DNA of 64,000 bases from an uncultured Nitrospiraceae bacterium (GTDB taxonomy: Bacteria; Nitrospirota; Thermodesulfovibrionia; Thermodesulfovibrionales; Dissulfurispiraceae). A model generated the notes under the pieces. It was not told where the DNA came from. It was given only the letters and a program-made list of their open reading frames with translations, and did not search any database. This document shows positions 50,371-63,526 of the stretch, in pieces (the first letter of the stretch is position 1; each line of letters starts with the position of its first letter). The stretch lies in the NCBI GenBank assembly GCA_963705105.1, contig CAVPIW010000010.1, positions 195,671 to 259,670 of the forward strand, in the 5' to 3' direction. The translations under genes were made by a program, and so were the position numbers.

Positions 50371-50451
50371 ATAAGGTCAATCGGGTGAAAAGTTTATGGA
50401 TGCGGGCGGAGTCCCGTACATTATTTCAGGATGATTGTGAGGAGGTCTGTG

Positions 50452-51282
50452 ATGAAAAGGTTTTTAACGATGGTATGGGCATGTGTGCTGGTCATGACCG
50501 TTGCGGTCACGAGTGTCTATGCCGAGGAGCAGAAAGCGGCCGAGGAACAGAAGGTGACGGGAAGCGCGTCCCTTGGAGTCTTTAACAGGTACATCTTCAG
50601 GGGCTATGAACTCGGGACCAGCAGCGCCGTCATACAGCCCGCGCTGAGCATTTCCTATTACGGTTTTACCGCGGCCTTCTGGGGGAACATCGACACGGAC
50701 GAGCACCCCACGCAGTCCTTTGTCCCCGACAGGCCCGGACAGAAGAGCTGGAACGAGACCGATCTGACCCTGAGCTATACATACCCGATCGGCAAGCTCA
50801 GCCTGACGGGCGGTTACATCTACTACGCGACGAAATATGCGAACGAGACGGAGGAACTCTATATCGGCGCAAGCTATGACGTCATATCGAAGCCGACGTT
50901 GATGATCTACAGGGACATCAACGAGTACTCGGGCACGTACTTCAATCTCTCCTTTTCCCACTCCCAGCCCGTTTACAAGAACATCACCGTCGATCTCGGC
51001 GCGTCATTCGCATATTTTATCGGCGACGATGACTACTGGAACACCTTCGAAGAGTCGACGGGCGCCTATACCGGCGAGAAATACGAGGCCTTCCACGACG
51101 GCATGGTAAAAGTCGGGGTCTCCATTCCCGTGACCAAGAATTTCGTAATCCAGCCCGTCGTGCAGTACTGGTTCCCCCTTTCGGATAAGGCGAAGAGGAC
51201 AGTCAACGGCAATTCGTACAATTTCAACGGCAAGCTTGATGACACCTTCGTCTACGGCATCAATCTTACCCTGACCTTTTAG
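50452..51282 (+). CDS. Outer-membrane porin, TorF/TIGR02001-like
   Basis: Signal peptide, NRYIFRG, ETDLTLSY, C-terminal F; precedes amtB. Confidence 0.72.
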   Translation: MKRFLTMVWACVLVMTVAVTSVYAEEQKAAEEQKVTGSASLGVFNRYIFRGYELGTSSAVIQPALSISYYGFTAAFWGNIDTDEHPTQSFVPDRPGQKSWNETDLTLSYTYPIGKLSLTGGYIYYATKYANETEELYIGASYDVISKPTLMIYRDINEYSGTYFNLSFSHSQPVYKNITVDLGASFAYFIGDDDYWNTFEESTGAYTGEKYEAFHDGMVKVGVSIPVTKNFVIQPVVQYWFPLSDKAKRTVNGNSYNFNGKLDDTFVYGINLTLTF

Positions 51283-51303
51283 GAGTCCCGCGAAGGAGGA
51301 GCC

Positions 51304-53107
<1,804 letters not shown>

Positions 53108-53120
53108 GCGATACGCTTCC

Positions 53121-53289
53121 TACATTTTTGTAGAGTCTACAAAAATGTAGCAGGTCCGGAACTCCCTGATATTCAGCGTCAATGACCAAACATTTTCCCG
53201 GATAGTCCTACAAAAACGTAGGACTATCCGGGGTTCCCTCCCCCTGCCTCACATAATATCAAGCACATTCACCCTGGCATCCCCTTCGC
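53121..53289 (+). promoter_or_regulatory. Sigma-54 promoter of the second amt gene with three enhancer sites
   Basis: TACATTTTTGTA 53121, TACAAAAATGTA 53138, third site in hairpin 53197-53232; GG-N10-GC at 53276-53289. Confidence 0.78.
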
Positions 53290-53342
53290 TATAGGGATGT
53301 TCCCCTCCCAATAATCTTTCCTTTGAAAGGAGCACCATATCC

Positions 53343-54647
53343 ATGAGTACACTGAAAAGAATTGTTCCACCCGCAATTTTATTCCTCATGTTCGCCTCCG
53401 CCGCACAGGCCCAGGAGACCGCCAAAGTAGACCCCGGCGACACCGCCTTCGTCCTCATCTCGGCGGCTCTCGTCATGCTGATGACCCCGGGCCTGGCCCT
53501 CTTCTACGGGGGCATGGTGCGGAAAAAGAACGTCCTCGGCACCCTCATGCAGAGCTTTGTCACCATTGCGGTGGTCACAGTGCAGTGGGTGCTCCTCGGG
53601 TACAGTCTCTCCTTCGGTCCCGACCTGGGAGGCTTCATCGGCAGCCTGGACTGGGCCGGTCTCCGGGGTGTCGGCGCCGAGCCCAATCCCGATTACGCCC
53701 CGACAATCCCCCACATGGCTTTCATGATCTATCAGTGCATGTTCGCCGTCATCACGCCTGCTCTCATAACGGGGGCTTATGCGGAGAGGATGAAGTTCTC
53801 GGCCTTTCTTCTCTTTACGGTCCTCTGGTCCACCATCGTCTACAACCCCGTCGCCCACTGGGTATGGGGGACAGGCGGCTGGCTGAAGCAGATGGGAGCT
53901 CTCGATTTTGCCGGCGGCATCGTCGTCCACATCACGTCGGGCGTCTCAGCCTTAGCGGCGGCGCTCATCATCGGCAGGAGAAAGGGCTATCTCCGCGAGG
54001 CGATCTACCCTCATAACCTCCCCATGACCGTGCTCGGTACGGGTCTCCTCTGGTTCGGCTGGTTCGGGTTCAATGCGGGGAGCGCCCTTTCGTCGGGCGC
54101 TCTCAGCACGATGGCCTTCACGGTCACCCACTTCTCCGCGGTGTCCGCCACGCTCATCTGGGTTATCATCGAATGGCTTCACAGGGGTAAGCCGACCATG
54201 TTCGGCGCAGCCACCGGCTCGATCGCCGGCCTGGCGACGATTACGCCGGCATCGGGGTTCGTCGGACCCCTGTCATCCTTCCTCATCGGCTTTGCTGCGG
54301 GCGCTGTCTGTTATCTCGCACTGAACCTGAAATCACGTTTCGGGTACGACGACTCTCTCGATGCCTTTGGCGTCCACGGAGTCGGCGGGACGATCGGGAC
54401 CCTGGCGACGGGACTGCTTGCGCAGAAGGTCATCAACTCCGCAGGGGCGGACGGCCTCTTCTTCGGAGGCACGCAGGTGTTCATCGCCCAGCTCGTCGCC
54501 GTCGGTGTCACCATCGTTTACTCTCTCGCCGCAACGGCCCTTCTTCTCTTCTGCATCGACAAGACCGTCGGCCTGCGGGTGGATGACGAGGGAGAAGAGA
54601 GCGGCCTCGATATTTCCCAGCACGGGGAAAGCGGATACACGATGTAA
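53343..54647 (+). CDS. amtB: Ammonium transporter (second paralogue)
   Basis: Same Amt motifs. Confidence 0.95.
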   Translation: MSTLKRIVPPAILFLMFASAAQAQETAKVDPGDTAFVLISAALVMLMTPGLALFYGGMVRKKNVLGTLMQSFVTIAVVTVQWVLLGYSLSFGPDLGGFIGSLDWAGLRGVGAEPNPDYAPTIPHMAFMIYQCMFAVITPALITGAYAERMKFSAFLLFTVLWSTIVYNPVAHWVWGTGGWLKQMGALDFAGGIVVHITSGVSALAAALIIGRRKGYLREAIYPHNLPMTVLGTGLLWFGWFGFNAGSALSSGALSTMAFTVTHFSAVSATLIWVIIEWLHRGKPTMFGAATGSIAGLATITPASGFVGPLSSFLIGFAAGAVCYLALNLKSRFGYDDSLDAFGVHGVGGTIGTLATGLLAQKVINSAGADGLFFGGTQVFIAQLVAVGVTIVYSLAATALLLFCIDKTVGLRVDDEGEESGLDISQHGESGYTM

Positions 54648-54671
54648 TCTGCACAGGAAGCAGGCTGTCTT

Positions 54672-54753
54672 TGCACAACTTTTGTGCAGAGAGACCGGCG
54701 GAGATTGTGCAAATGATTGATATTCAGTGTCACCTTGCAGGCATGAAGATTGC
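54672..54753 (+). promoter_or_regulatory. Sigma-54 promoter with NtrC-type site
   Basis: TGCACAACTTTTGTGCA at ~54672; GG-N10-GC at 54740-54753. Confidence 0.72.
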
Positions 54754-54774
54754 TTATTTAAGGTACAATTTTGT

Positions 54775-55479
54775 ATGAACGTGCTGATCTGTAAAAACGT
54801 TGAAACGGAAGGTCCCGGGACGATCGCGGATTTCCTGAAAGAACGGGAAATACCGTTCACGGTCGTTGAACTCTCGAAAGGCGAGGCCATACCGGATCCC
54901 GCACATTTCGATGTGCTCGTCATGCTCGGCGGTCCCATGAGCGTGAACGAGCCGCACATCTATCCCTATATCGCCCGGGAAGAGGAACTGGTCCGGTCTT
55001 TCGTCAGCGACGGCAAGCGGGTGCTCGGCGTGTGCCTCGGCTCCCAGATCATGGCGAAGGCCCTGGGGGCGAAGGTCTACAGGGGAAGAGAAACGGAGGT
55101 GGGCTGGCATGACATCGGCATCGTGGACGACGGGTCAGGAGACGCCGTCATCCGCAGTCTCGCCGCCGATCCCCGGACCGGTGAATTCCGGAACCGGTTC
55201 AAAGTCTTTCACTGGCACGGTGAGACCTTCGATATCCCGGAGGGGGCGCAATGGCTCGCCTTCTCCGATCTTTATCCCCATCAGGCCTTCCGGTTCGGAG
55301 CGGGGGGCTATGCCTTTCAGTTTCATGTTGAAGTCACACGGGAAATCGTATATGATTGGTTACGGAATGAACATGTGGACTTTGACGGCATCAGGGCTGA
55401 GACGGAGAAGAACATCGATATATGTACCGCACGGGCGTACAATTTCTACCGCGCCTTTTTTGGGGCGGAATACAGCTAA
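54775..55479 (+). CDS. Type 1 glutamine amidotransferase
   Basis: LGGPMSV, GVCLGSQ, FQFHVE. Confidence 0.88.
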   Translation: MNVLICKNVETEGPGTIADFLKEREIPFTVVELSKGEAIPDPAHFDVLVMLGGPMSVNEPHIYPYIAREEELVRSFVSDGKRVLGVCLGSQIMAKALGAKVYRGRETEVGWHDIGIVDDGSGDAVIRSLAADPRTGEFRNRFKVFHWHGETFDIPEGAQWLAFSDLYPHQAFRFGAGGYAFQFHVEVTREIVYDWLRNEHVDFDGIRAETEKNIDICTARAYNFYRAFFGAEYS

Positions 55480-55510
55480 GGGTTGAACAACTTCGGTTCG
55501 CAGGAGGTGA

Positions 55511-55852
<342 letters not shown>

Positions 55853-55951
55853 TAAAAAGCGCATTGGGGAATTCCCGGACCGCCGCCCTTTGACGAGGCG
55901 GACAGGTTATAGGATATGGATACAACAATCATGATCACAGAGGAGGAAAGA

Positions 55952-57364
55952 ATGACACCGAAAGACGTAATCAAGATGGCCCAGGAAAACAAGGCCGTCA
56001 TGGCAAACTTCAAGTTTCTCGATTTCCCCGGAATCTGGCAGCACTTCGCCGTACCCGTAGCGGAGCTGCAAGAGGAGGTCTTTGAGGAGGGGCTCGGTTT
56101 CGACGGATCGTCCATCCGCGGCTGGCAGGCGATCCACACCTCGGACATGCTCATCATTCCCGATCCCGAAACGGCCTTCATGGATCCCTTCATGGAATAC
56201 CCGACCATCAGCCTGATCTGCAACATCGTCGACCCGATCACAAAGGAGCTCTATACGAGGGATCCCCGGTTTGTCGCCCAGAAGGCGGAGGCCTATCTCA
56301 AATCCACGGGCATCGGCGATACCTGTTTCGTGGGACCCGAAGCGGAGTTCTTCATCTTCGATGACGTCCGCTTCGACCAGAATTCATACAGCGGCTACTA
56401 TTTCATCGACTCCGTCGAGGGCATCTGGAACTCGGGACGGGTCGAGAACCCGAACCTCGGGTACAAGCCGAGACATAAGGAGGGTTATTTCCCCGTGCCC
56501 CCCACGGACAGTCTCGTGAACATCCGCACCGAGATGGTCGTGGAGATGCTCAAGTGCGGCATTTATGTCGAGAGGGAGCACCATGAAGTGGCGACGGCGG
56601 GTCAGGCCGAAATCGACATGCGCTTTGATTCCCTCGTCCGCATGGCGGACAAGCTCATGCTCTTCAAATACATCATCAAGAACGTCGCGAGGAGACACAA
56701 CAGGACCGTCACCTTCATGCCGAAGCCGCTTTTCGGTGACAACGGCTCAGGCATGCACACCCACCAGAGCATCTGGAAGGACGGCAAGCCCGTCTTTGCC
56801 GGCGGCGGCTATGCGGGCCTGAGCGAAACGGCGCTCTATTACATCGGCGGAGTGCTGAAACATGCAAAGTCCCTGGCGGCGATCACCAACCCGACGATGA
56901 ATTCCTACAAGAGACTGACGCCGGGCTTCGAGGCGCCGGTGAATCTCGCCTACTCGGCGAGGAACCGTTCTGCGGCGATCAGGATCCCCACGTACTCGGC
57001 GAGCCCCAAGGCGAAGAGGGTCGAGGTGAGGTTCCCTGACCCCTCGTGCAACGGCTATCTGGCCTTCGCGGCAATGCTCATGGCGGGACTGGACGGCATC
57101 GAAAACAAGATCCATCCCGGCGAGCCCCTCGACAAGGACATCTACGAGCTCGGCCCCGAAGAGCTGGCGACGGTGCCGACCATGCCGGGAAGCCTTGAAG
57201 AGGCCCTCAACAACCTCGAGGAGGACCACGAGTATCTCATGAAGGGCAACGTCTTCACCGAGGATGCCATCGAAACCTGGATTTCCTACAAGAGAACGAA
57301 GGAAGTGGACGCCCTCAGGCTGAGGCCCCATCCCTACGAGTTCTTCCTCTACTACGACATTTAG
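55952..57364 (+). CDS. glnA: Glutamine synthetase type I
   Basis: [39 protein letters not shown]. Confidence 0.97.
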   Translation: MTPKDVIKMAQENKAVMANFKFLDFPGIWQHFAVPVAELQEEVFEEGLGFDGSSIRGWQAIHTSDMLIIPDPETAFMDPFMEYPTISLICNIVDPITKELYTRDPRFVAQKAEAYLKSTGIGDTCFVGPEAEFFIFDDVRFDQNSYSGYYFIDSVEGIWNSGRVENPNLGYKPRHKEGYFPVPPTDSLVNIRTEMVVEMLKCGIYVEREHHEVATAGQAEIDMRFDSLVRMADKLMLFKYIIKNVARRHNRTVTFMPKPLFGDNGSGMHTHQSIWKDGKPVFAGGGYAGLSETALYYIGGVLKHAKSLAAITNPTMNSYKRLTPGFEAPVNLAYSARNRSAAIRIPTYSASPKAKRVEVRFPDPSCNGYLAFAAMLMAGLDGIENKIHPGEPLDKDIYELGPEELATVPTMPGSLEEALNNLEEDHEYLMKGNVFTEDAIETWISYKRTKEVDALRLRPHPYEFFLYYDI

Positions 57365-57387
57365 GATCCGCTGAAACACGCGAAGAG

Positions 57388-57420
57388 GGGGGACAGGATC
57401 GCGGTCCTGCCCCCGCTTTA
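57388..57420 (+). terminator. Hairpin after glnA
   Basis: GGGGACAGGA-TCGCGG-TCCTGCCCC. Confidence 0.55.
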
Positions 57421-57751
57421 TCCCGTGGGTCAACTCTGTCGTTGCATGAACAGGCGGGGCGAAGAAGCCACGAAAGAGAAGACCGTCGACAACAGACAGG
57501 AACCGGGCGACAGACACACCGACGGGAAGGCTGATGTGGTGAAAAGCCTTTGCGCTAAGATACCTTACTCGTCACCGGACCACACTTTGCCGTGTCTATT
57601 CATACCAAAAGCCTGTCAGGCAACGGGCGCTGAACACCTCGATATGTCTCATCATCGCATTGGAAAGGCTGTGAACCATATCTGGCTTCCCGGAGGCAGT
57701 ATCGCTATCGGCGTGGCTTTGAGGCGATTTGCCCCGCCTTTTCATGCAGGA

Positions 57752-59146
57752 TCAATGATTCGGCGTCTTCGTGTTTGCACCCTTGCCGCCGAATCGGCGG
57801 TCGCATTCGTGCAGGAAGGTCCGGACGTTCTCAGGGAAGGTGTTGATCTTTTTGAGCAGAGAGGGAAGGAGATGTTTTTTCGCGAGCACCGGGACGGTGA
57901 TATCCCTGAATTTGAGCAGTCTCAGGTAATCGTCGACGAATCCCTCCGTCACCGCCTGCTCTTCTTTTCCGGAGAGATAATCGAGGCAGAGATGCGACAG
58001 AAAGAGTATCGAGACGTTTTCCCTGCAGGTCTCGTCGAGTTCTTCGGGCGGAGCGAAGACGGGGATGTGCTGCAGTTCGACGCACTGGCAGACCGTTTCC
58101 GGGATCTTCCATTCCTTCAGAAGGAGTGCGCCGATTTTCGAATGGTCGAGCATGTCGAGCAGAAAACCGAAGTTCTGATTTTTCCTCTTCAGGAGGAGGA
58201 TGACACACTTGCCGATATCATGAAGGAGGCCCACGGTGCTCAGGACGACCGGCTTTTTCATGCCGCTGATGAGGGCGACTTCGAAGCTGATCAGTGACAT
58301 CAGCGTGCTGTGCAGATGGAGTTCGTGGAACTCGGGGGAGCTGGGCATGATGTTCTTTATGCTGTTGTCGATGAGGATCTGATAGATCTGGTTGAACCCG
58401 AGGAGGAGGACGGCGTGGTGAAAATCGGAGATCTTGTTCTGGAGATTGTAATATGCCGAATTGACCGTCTTCAGCACGAGCCCGACGAGGGCGGAGTCGT
58501 GCTTGGCGTGCTCGACGACGTCGGTTATCGCCACTTTTTCATCGAAGAGCATCATGGCAAGCTCGTTCACATGGGAGGGCAGGCGGGGGAAGTTCCTGAT
58601 AATGCCCTGGATGAGCTCGGAGCGTTCATACTCACTGGTCCGTTCGATGCACTCCCTCTTCTGCCGGGCCGTCATATAGGAGATCTTCGCCGCCGACGAG
58701 GCAAGTCTTGCGATGAGATCACTGACGATCTTCGTGGACGAGCCGTTGACGTGCTTCATGAGGGCGATCTTGACGTTCGGGGCAAGGGCGTTGAGACCGG
58801 TCTCATCCAACCCGAGGACGACCGTCTCCTCCACAGCAAAAGCGCTCACGGGCCTCTGTTCGAGGGTAAGATCTCCGGTCCAGATGCCCTCGTTGAAGAG
58901 GGCGATGTTTTCCCGCTTTCCGTTGATCGTCTTTGTAATTTGAATAGAACCGGAGAGGACCGCAAAGATCGACTGATTACCGTCGCCCTCGTTGAAAAGA
59001 ACCTCGCCCCTTTTTAATCTCTTCGTTTTCCCCAGGTCATAGAGGGCTACAAGGTCTCTTTCCGCGAAGCCCTTTATCGGTGCGCGTTTCAGCGGCAATT
59101 CTTCTCTTCTGGCGACAGCGGGTTCCCGTCTAAAAAGCGGCGACAT
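57752..59146 (-). CDS. cNMP-binding plus HDOD domain protein
   Basis: GEVLFNEGD...VLSG; VLKTVNSAYY, AVLLLG, GLLHDIGK, DHSKIG...WKIP. Confidence 0.85.
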   Translation of the reverse strand: MSPLFRREPAVARREELPLKRAPIKGFAERDLVALYDLGKTKRLKRGEVLFNEGDGNQSIFAVLSGSIQITKTINGKRENIALFNEGIWTGDLTLEQRPVSAFAVEETVVLGLDETGLNALAPNVKIALMKHVNGSSTKIVSDLIARLASSAAKISYMTARQKRECIERTSEYERSELIQGIIRNFPRLPSHVNELAMMLFDEKVAITDVVEHAKHDSALVGLVLKTVNSAYYNLQNKISDFHHAVLLLGFNQIYQILIDNSIKNIMPSSPEFHELHLHSTLMSLISFEVALISGMKKPVVLSTVGLLHDIGKCVILLLKRKNQNFGFLLDMLDHSKIGALLLKEWKIPETVCQCVELQHIPVFAPPEELDETCRENVSILFLSHLCLDYLSGKEEQAVTEGFVDDYLRLLKFRDITVPVLAKKHLLPSLLKKINTFPENVRTFLHECDRRFGGKGANTKTPNH

Positions 59147-59378
59147 GTCATTTCTCTCCCAGGCGAAATTTCACGAACGATTTGCTTTTAATTATCGTGA
59201 TTTCCCTGTGGGACTGAAGGTACCGCCCGGCTTCGCACTAATAGCATCACGGCATGAACCCTTTGGAAAAGCAGAAAAAGATAGTCGTCGTCGCTTTTCT
59301 TTGCGCTCTTTGCGACTTTGGGTGAGACATATTTTTGTATTTGACAAGAGCAGGCGCCCGGTGCGATAGTGAACGACC

Positions 59379-60101
59379 ATGAACTACCTGTCGAAAAAAC
59401 CCATCCCCGTCGGAGACCGGCTCATCTTCGCCCTCGATGTGCCGGATGCATCCGAAGCAATGAGGCTTGTCGAACTCCTCGGCGACAGCGTCAGTTTCTA
59501 TAAGATCGGCCTTGAGCTCTTCATGGCCGGCGGATACTATGAGCTCATCCAATGGATGGTTGAAAAAAGGGGAAAGAAGGTCTTTGCGGACCTCAAGTTT
59601 TTCGATGTCCCGGAAACGGTGCGCAGGGCCGTCCGCCAGCTCAGGGGCAGGGGTGTTACTTTCACGACCGTTCACGGCAATGACGGCATCCTCAGGGCCG
59701 CAGTTCAGGAAAAAGGGGACCTGAAGATCCTTGCCGTCACGGTGCTGACGAGCCTCGACCAGGGAGACGTGGAGGACCTGGGCTTTGCCGTCGACATCGA
59801 GAAACTGGTCCTCTCCCGGGCCAGGAGGGCGATCGAGATAGGGTGCGACGGCGTCATCTCCTCGGGTCTCGAGGCCCCGAAGCTGCGGGAGCACCTCGGC
59901 GAGCACTTCCTCGTCATCACTCCGGGCATCAGGCCCGTCATCAATAAGCCTGCCGATGACCAGAAGAGGACCGTCGACATCGAAGAGGCCTTCCGCAACG
60001 GGGCGGACTACATCGTCGTTGGCCGGCCGATCAAGCAGGCGCCCGATCCCGCCATGGCCGCGCAGGAAATCCAGGCCCGCATCGTCCGCCTTTTCCAATA
60101 A
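59379..60101 (+). CDS. pyrF: Orotidine-5'-phosphate decarboxylase
   Basis: FALD, DLKFFDVPETV, VTVLTS, TPGIR, DDQKR, VVGRPI. Confidence 0.96.
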   Translation: MNYLSKKPIPVGDRLIFALDVPDASEAMRLVELLGDSVSFYKIGLELFMAGGYYELIQWMVEKRGKKVFADLKFFDVPETVRRAVRQLRGRGVTFTTVHGNDGILRAAVQEKGDLKILAVTVLTSLDQGDVEDLGFAVDIEKLVLSRARRAIEIGCDGVISSGLEAPKLREHLGEHFLVITPGIRPVINKPADDQKRTVDIEEAFRNGADYIVVGRPIKQAPDPAMAAQEIQARIVRLFQ

Positions 60102-60152
60102 AAAAGGGGAGCCGAAGCTCCCCGGATGTTTTGCTTTGTCCTGGTCGTCCGT

Positions 60153-60470
60153 CTACTGCTTCACCTCGACGGTCTTCTTCGTCTCCGCCGCTCCGCTGAA
60201 GGCCTTCGCCACATACCCGAACATCGTCCCCACGATCGAGCCCATCACGATGCTCACCGATGCCATGCAGGCGATTCCGAAGATGATCCCCACCGCCACT
60301 GCCAGCCTCACAAAGATCGTCGGCTCCACGGCCTCTCCCAGCAGGTGCTTCAGCATCATCAGCGTCCCGTAGCTGCCGAAATGATATCCCGGGATGATCC
60401 CGAACACCACAAAGGCCAATCCTCCCAGTGCCGCCCCTGCCTTCGTCCCCGTCCTCACCATGTCTTTCAT
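60153..60470 (-). CDS. Small Gly-rich membrane protein B (copy 1)
   Basis: RBS AAGGAG; duplicated at 62225. Confidence 0.75.
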   Translation of the reverse strand: MKDMVRTGTKAGAALGGLAFVVFGIIPGYHFGSYGTLMMLKHLLGEAVEPTIFVRLAVAVGIIFGIACMASVSIVMGSIVGTMFGYVAKAFSGAAETKKTVEVKQ

Positions 60471-60546
60471 CTCGTTTTCTCCTTGCCTTTCTTTTATTGT
60501 TTCTTTTTTTCTTTTTTTCTACTGTCTATTTTCTACTGTCTAATGT

Positions 60547-60867
60547 CTAATGTTTTCCCACCGCGGCTTCCTCCGCCGCTTCCTGCGCCCGTGCCGACCG
60601 GACATACCCTGCGATGCTCCCGACGATCCATCCCGCGAGGGCCGTGCCGGTCACGCAGACAAAGCCCGCCACGAGGATACCGAACACCATCGATACCGCC
60701 ATGATCATCCGCGTGCCGATCGTCGGCTCCAGAGGCATCCCCGCGATGTTCAAGCCGACGACGACGCCGATGAACGAGCCTGGCAGAAACCCGATGATCG
60801 CAAACAGGACGACCCCGATGCCTGCCCCGATGACCAATCCCTTTTTTGCCGTCTCGTTCGTTTTCAT
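60547..60867 (-). CDS. Small Gly-rich membrane protein A (copy 1)
   Basis: RBS AGGAGG; duplicated at 62603. Confidence 0.75.
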   Translation of the reverse strand: MKTNETAKKGLVIGAGIGVVLFAIIGFLPGSFIGVVVGLNIAGMPLEPTIGTRMIMAVSMVFGILVAGFVCVTGTALAGWIVGSIAGYVRSARAQEAAEEAAVGKH

Positions 60868-60907
60868 CGTCCTGCCTCCTTTTGAGCTGTTCATGCCATT
60901 CATAGAA

Positions 60908-61012
60908 GCACGTCCCGTGCCAACAACTATCTTATTGTTTATCCATCATTCCTCTGCAGCACTTCCTTTGCATTCCTGCGAAAATGAGGTTTGCATTTGC
61001 AATGATGCGAAA
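60908..61012 (-). promoter_or_regulatory. Sigma-54 promoter plus paired TTGCA-N4-TGCGA sites (repeated at 62964-63066)
   Basis: TTGGCACGGGACGTGC on the - strand; the sites are conserved in both copies while flanks diverge. Confidence 0.72.
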
Positions 61013-61480
61013 AAAAGGGTGGTCAGTCGATAGTGGGCAGTCAACAGGACTCATTCCGGCGGGCGTGATACTTCTGCCACGACGTCGCTTACTGTGCTGT
61101 CAGACTGGGTGGAGATGTCACCTGCAAGTCCTCGCAAGAGTCATCGCGCCCATTCGGATGATTCCCAAAACAACATCGCCACCGGCGGACCATAATGGGA
61201 GAGTAGGATGCGTCTGATAACCCTCAAGGAGCACGGGTGTCGATAAAAGCAAGCTTTCTCACGGAAAGCATCGGGGGCCATAGACTTGTGGTCTGCGAAG
61301 AATCCGGTTTCTGATTGCCGTGATGTTCTCCCATACCATATAGAGGCGGACGCTGACGATCTCGTCTTTTCAGACAATCAACTGCTCCTTTTCTCTTCCT
61401 CCCGATCTGCTCAACGGCAATCCATTTTCCGTCCCTTCATCACAGGGCATACCACGATCACTTTTATGTTATAATTGACC

Positions 61481-61837
61481 ATGTCTTGGGAAGTCGAATT
61501 CTACAGAGACAGAAGCGGCAGGGAGCCGGTAGGCACGTTCTTCGACGGTCTTCCGGTCGGAACGAGGGCAAGGGTTGTGAAGCTGATTAACCTGCTTTCT
61601 GAGAGCGGCGTCCTTCTGAAGGAGCCCTATACCAGGCATATCAGAGGCAAGCTCAGAGAGTTGAGAGTGAAGGACAGCCTGGGGCATATCAGGGTCCTCT
61701 ATTTCACATTTACCGGCAGGCGCTTTGTTCTGTTACATGGTTTTGTGAAGAAGACCGGCAGGACGCCTGAAAGGGAAATCGATCTCGCCGAAAAGCGGAT
61801 GCAGGATTATATGGAGCGTCAGGGAGGCAAGCCATGA
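61481..61837 (+). CDS. RelE/HigB (Gp49-like) toxin
   Basis: WEVEFY...EPV, LRELR, RVLYF, LLHGFVKKT..TP..EI. Confidence 0.88.
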   Translation: MSWEVEFYRDRSGREPVGTFFDGLPVGTRARVVKLINLLSESGVLLKEPYTRHIRGKLRELRVKDSLGHIRVLYFTFTGRRFVLLHGFVKKTGRTPEREIDLAEKRMQDYMERQGGKP

Positions 61838-62127
61838 GAGGGAGAACACTCAAAGAGTACATAGCAGACCAAATGGAGAATCCTGAGTTCAAGAGAGCGT
61901 GGGAAGACCTCGATCCGGAGTTTCAAGTATTAAAGGCCATGATAAAGGCACGGGAGAAGGCGGGGCTCTCTCAGACAGAGCTTGCCCGGAGAGTCGGGAC
62001 AAAGCAGAGCGTGATATCCAGGCTGGAGCGCGGGGGATTCAGCAAGGCGACGCTGGAGACAATCAAAAAGGTTGCCGACGCGCTCGATATGAGGCTTGAG
62101 ATAAATCTCCGTCATAAGAAGGCATGA
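61834..62127 (+). CDS. HigA-like XRE antitoxin
   Basis: LSQTELARRVGTKQSVISRLE; ATGA overlap with the toxin. Confidence 0.88.
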   Translation: MRGRTLKEYIADQMENPEFKRAWEDLDPEFQVLKAMIKAREKAGLSQTELARRVGTKQSVISRLERGGFSKATLETIKKVADALDMRLEINLRHKKA

Positions 62128-62224
62128 GCAGTCTCGTGCAAACGAGAGGGGGCTTCAGCAGCCGTGTGTGACCAGATGCGGGGAGCCGAAGCTCCCCGGA
62201 TGGTCTGTCCTTCCGACTGTCCTT

Positions 62225-62554
62225 CTACTGAGACTGCTTCACCTCGACGGTCTTCTTCGTCTCCGCCGCTCCGCTGAAGGCCTTCGCCACATACCCGAAC
62301 ATCGTCCCCACGATCGAGCCCATCACGATGCTCACCGATGCCATGCAGGCGATTCCGAAGATGATCCCCACCGCCACTGCCAGCCTCACAAAGATCGTCG
62401 GCTCCACGGCCTCTCCCAGCAGGTGCTTCAGCATCAGCAGCGTCCCGTAGCTGCCGAAGTGATATCCCGGGATGATCCCGAACACCACAAAGGCCAATCC
62501 TCCCAGTGCCGCCCCTGCCTTCGTCCCCGTCCTCACCATGTCTTTCATCTCCAT
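62225..62554 (-). CDS. Small Gly-rich membrane protein B (copy 2)
   Basis: Near-identical to 60153-60470. Confidence 0.75.
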   Translation of the reverse strand: MEMKDMVRTGTKAGAALGGLAFVVFGIIPGYHFGSYGTLLMLKHLLGEAVEPTIFVRLAVAVGIIFGIACMASVSIVMGSIVGTMFGYVAKAFSGAAETKKTVEVKQSQ

Positions 62555-62602
62555 TTCTCCTTTTCTTTTCTTGTATTTTCTGATACCGTTGCGTTTCGTC
62601 TC

Positions 62603-62923
62603 TTACTTCCGGCCGACCGCGGCTTCCTCCGCCGCTTCCTGCGCCCGTGCCGTCCGGACATGCCCTGCGATGCTCCCGACGATCCATCCCGCCAGGGCCG
62701 TGCCGGTCACGCAGAGAAAGCCCGCCACGAGGATACCGAACACCATCGACAGCGCCATGATCATCCGCGTGCCGATCGTCGGCTCCAGAGGCATCCCCGC
62801 AATGTTCATGCCGACGACGCCGCCGATGAACGAACCGGGCAGAAACCCGATGATCGCAAACAGGACGACCCCGATGCCTGCCCCGATGACCAATCCCTTT
62901 TTTGCCGTCTCATTCGTTTTCAT
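62603..62923 (-). CDS. Small Gly-rich membrane protein A (copy 2)
   Basis: Near-identical to 60547-60867. Confidence 0.75.
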   Translation of the reverse strand: MKTNETAKKGLVIGAGIGVVLFAIIGFLPGSFIGGVVGMNIAGMPLEPTIGTRMIMALSMVFGILVAGFLCVTGTALAGWIVGSIAGHVRTARAQEAAEEAAVGRK

Positions 62924-63253
62924 CGTCCTGCCTCCTTTTGAGCTGTTCATGCCATTCATAGAAGCACGTCCCGTGCCAATGTTTATCTTGTTGTATTTCT
63001 GACATTCTACTGCGAGAATATCTTTGCATTCCTGCGAAAAGGCGGATTTCTTTTGCAATGATGCGAAAAAAAGGCAGTCAGTCGTCTTGTCGATTGCCAG
63101 CTATCGGGCCCCCAAAGCCTACCTTTTTGCTTGACTCCCCCTCTCTTTTTCGATATGATGTGAAAAAATGCAGTCGGCAGTAAAGAATAATGTTGGGTTT
63201 TGAATGACAAAGGTTCTGAGCATATGATCGTGAAGATTGATATAATTTGAATC

Positions 63254-63526
63254 ATGAGAATCGAATGGGACCCAACAAAGGCAAAGCTCAACTTCAAGAA
63301 GCATGGCGTTCGCTTCGAAGAGGCGGCGACGGCAATAAGTGACCCCATGGCTGTCACCGGTTCTGATCCGGATCATTCACACTATGAAGAACGTTACATT
63401 ACCTTTGGTGTTTCTGAAAGGGGTCGGCTCATAGTGGTATCTCACACGGAAGAAGGGGAAGTCATTAGAATCATAAGTGCCCGCAAAGCGAGCAAAGGAG
63501 AACGAGAACTCTATGAAGAAGGATAA
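63254..63526 (+). CDS. BrnT family toxin
   Basis: EWDPTKAKLNFKKHGVRFEEA, EERY, IRIISARKA. Confidence 0.9.
   Translation: MRIEWDPTKAKLNFKKHGVRFEEAATAISDPMAVTGSDPDHSHYEERYITFGVSERGRLIVVSHTEEGEVIRIISARKASKGERELYEEG

Noticed and set aside
61030..61460. Possible gene remnants between array units (also 63780-63980)
   Set aside because: No recognisable protein family or RBS-supported ORF
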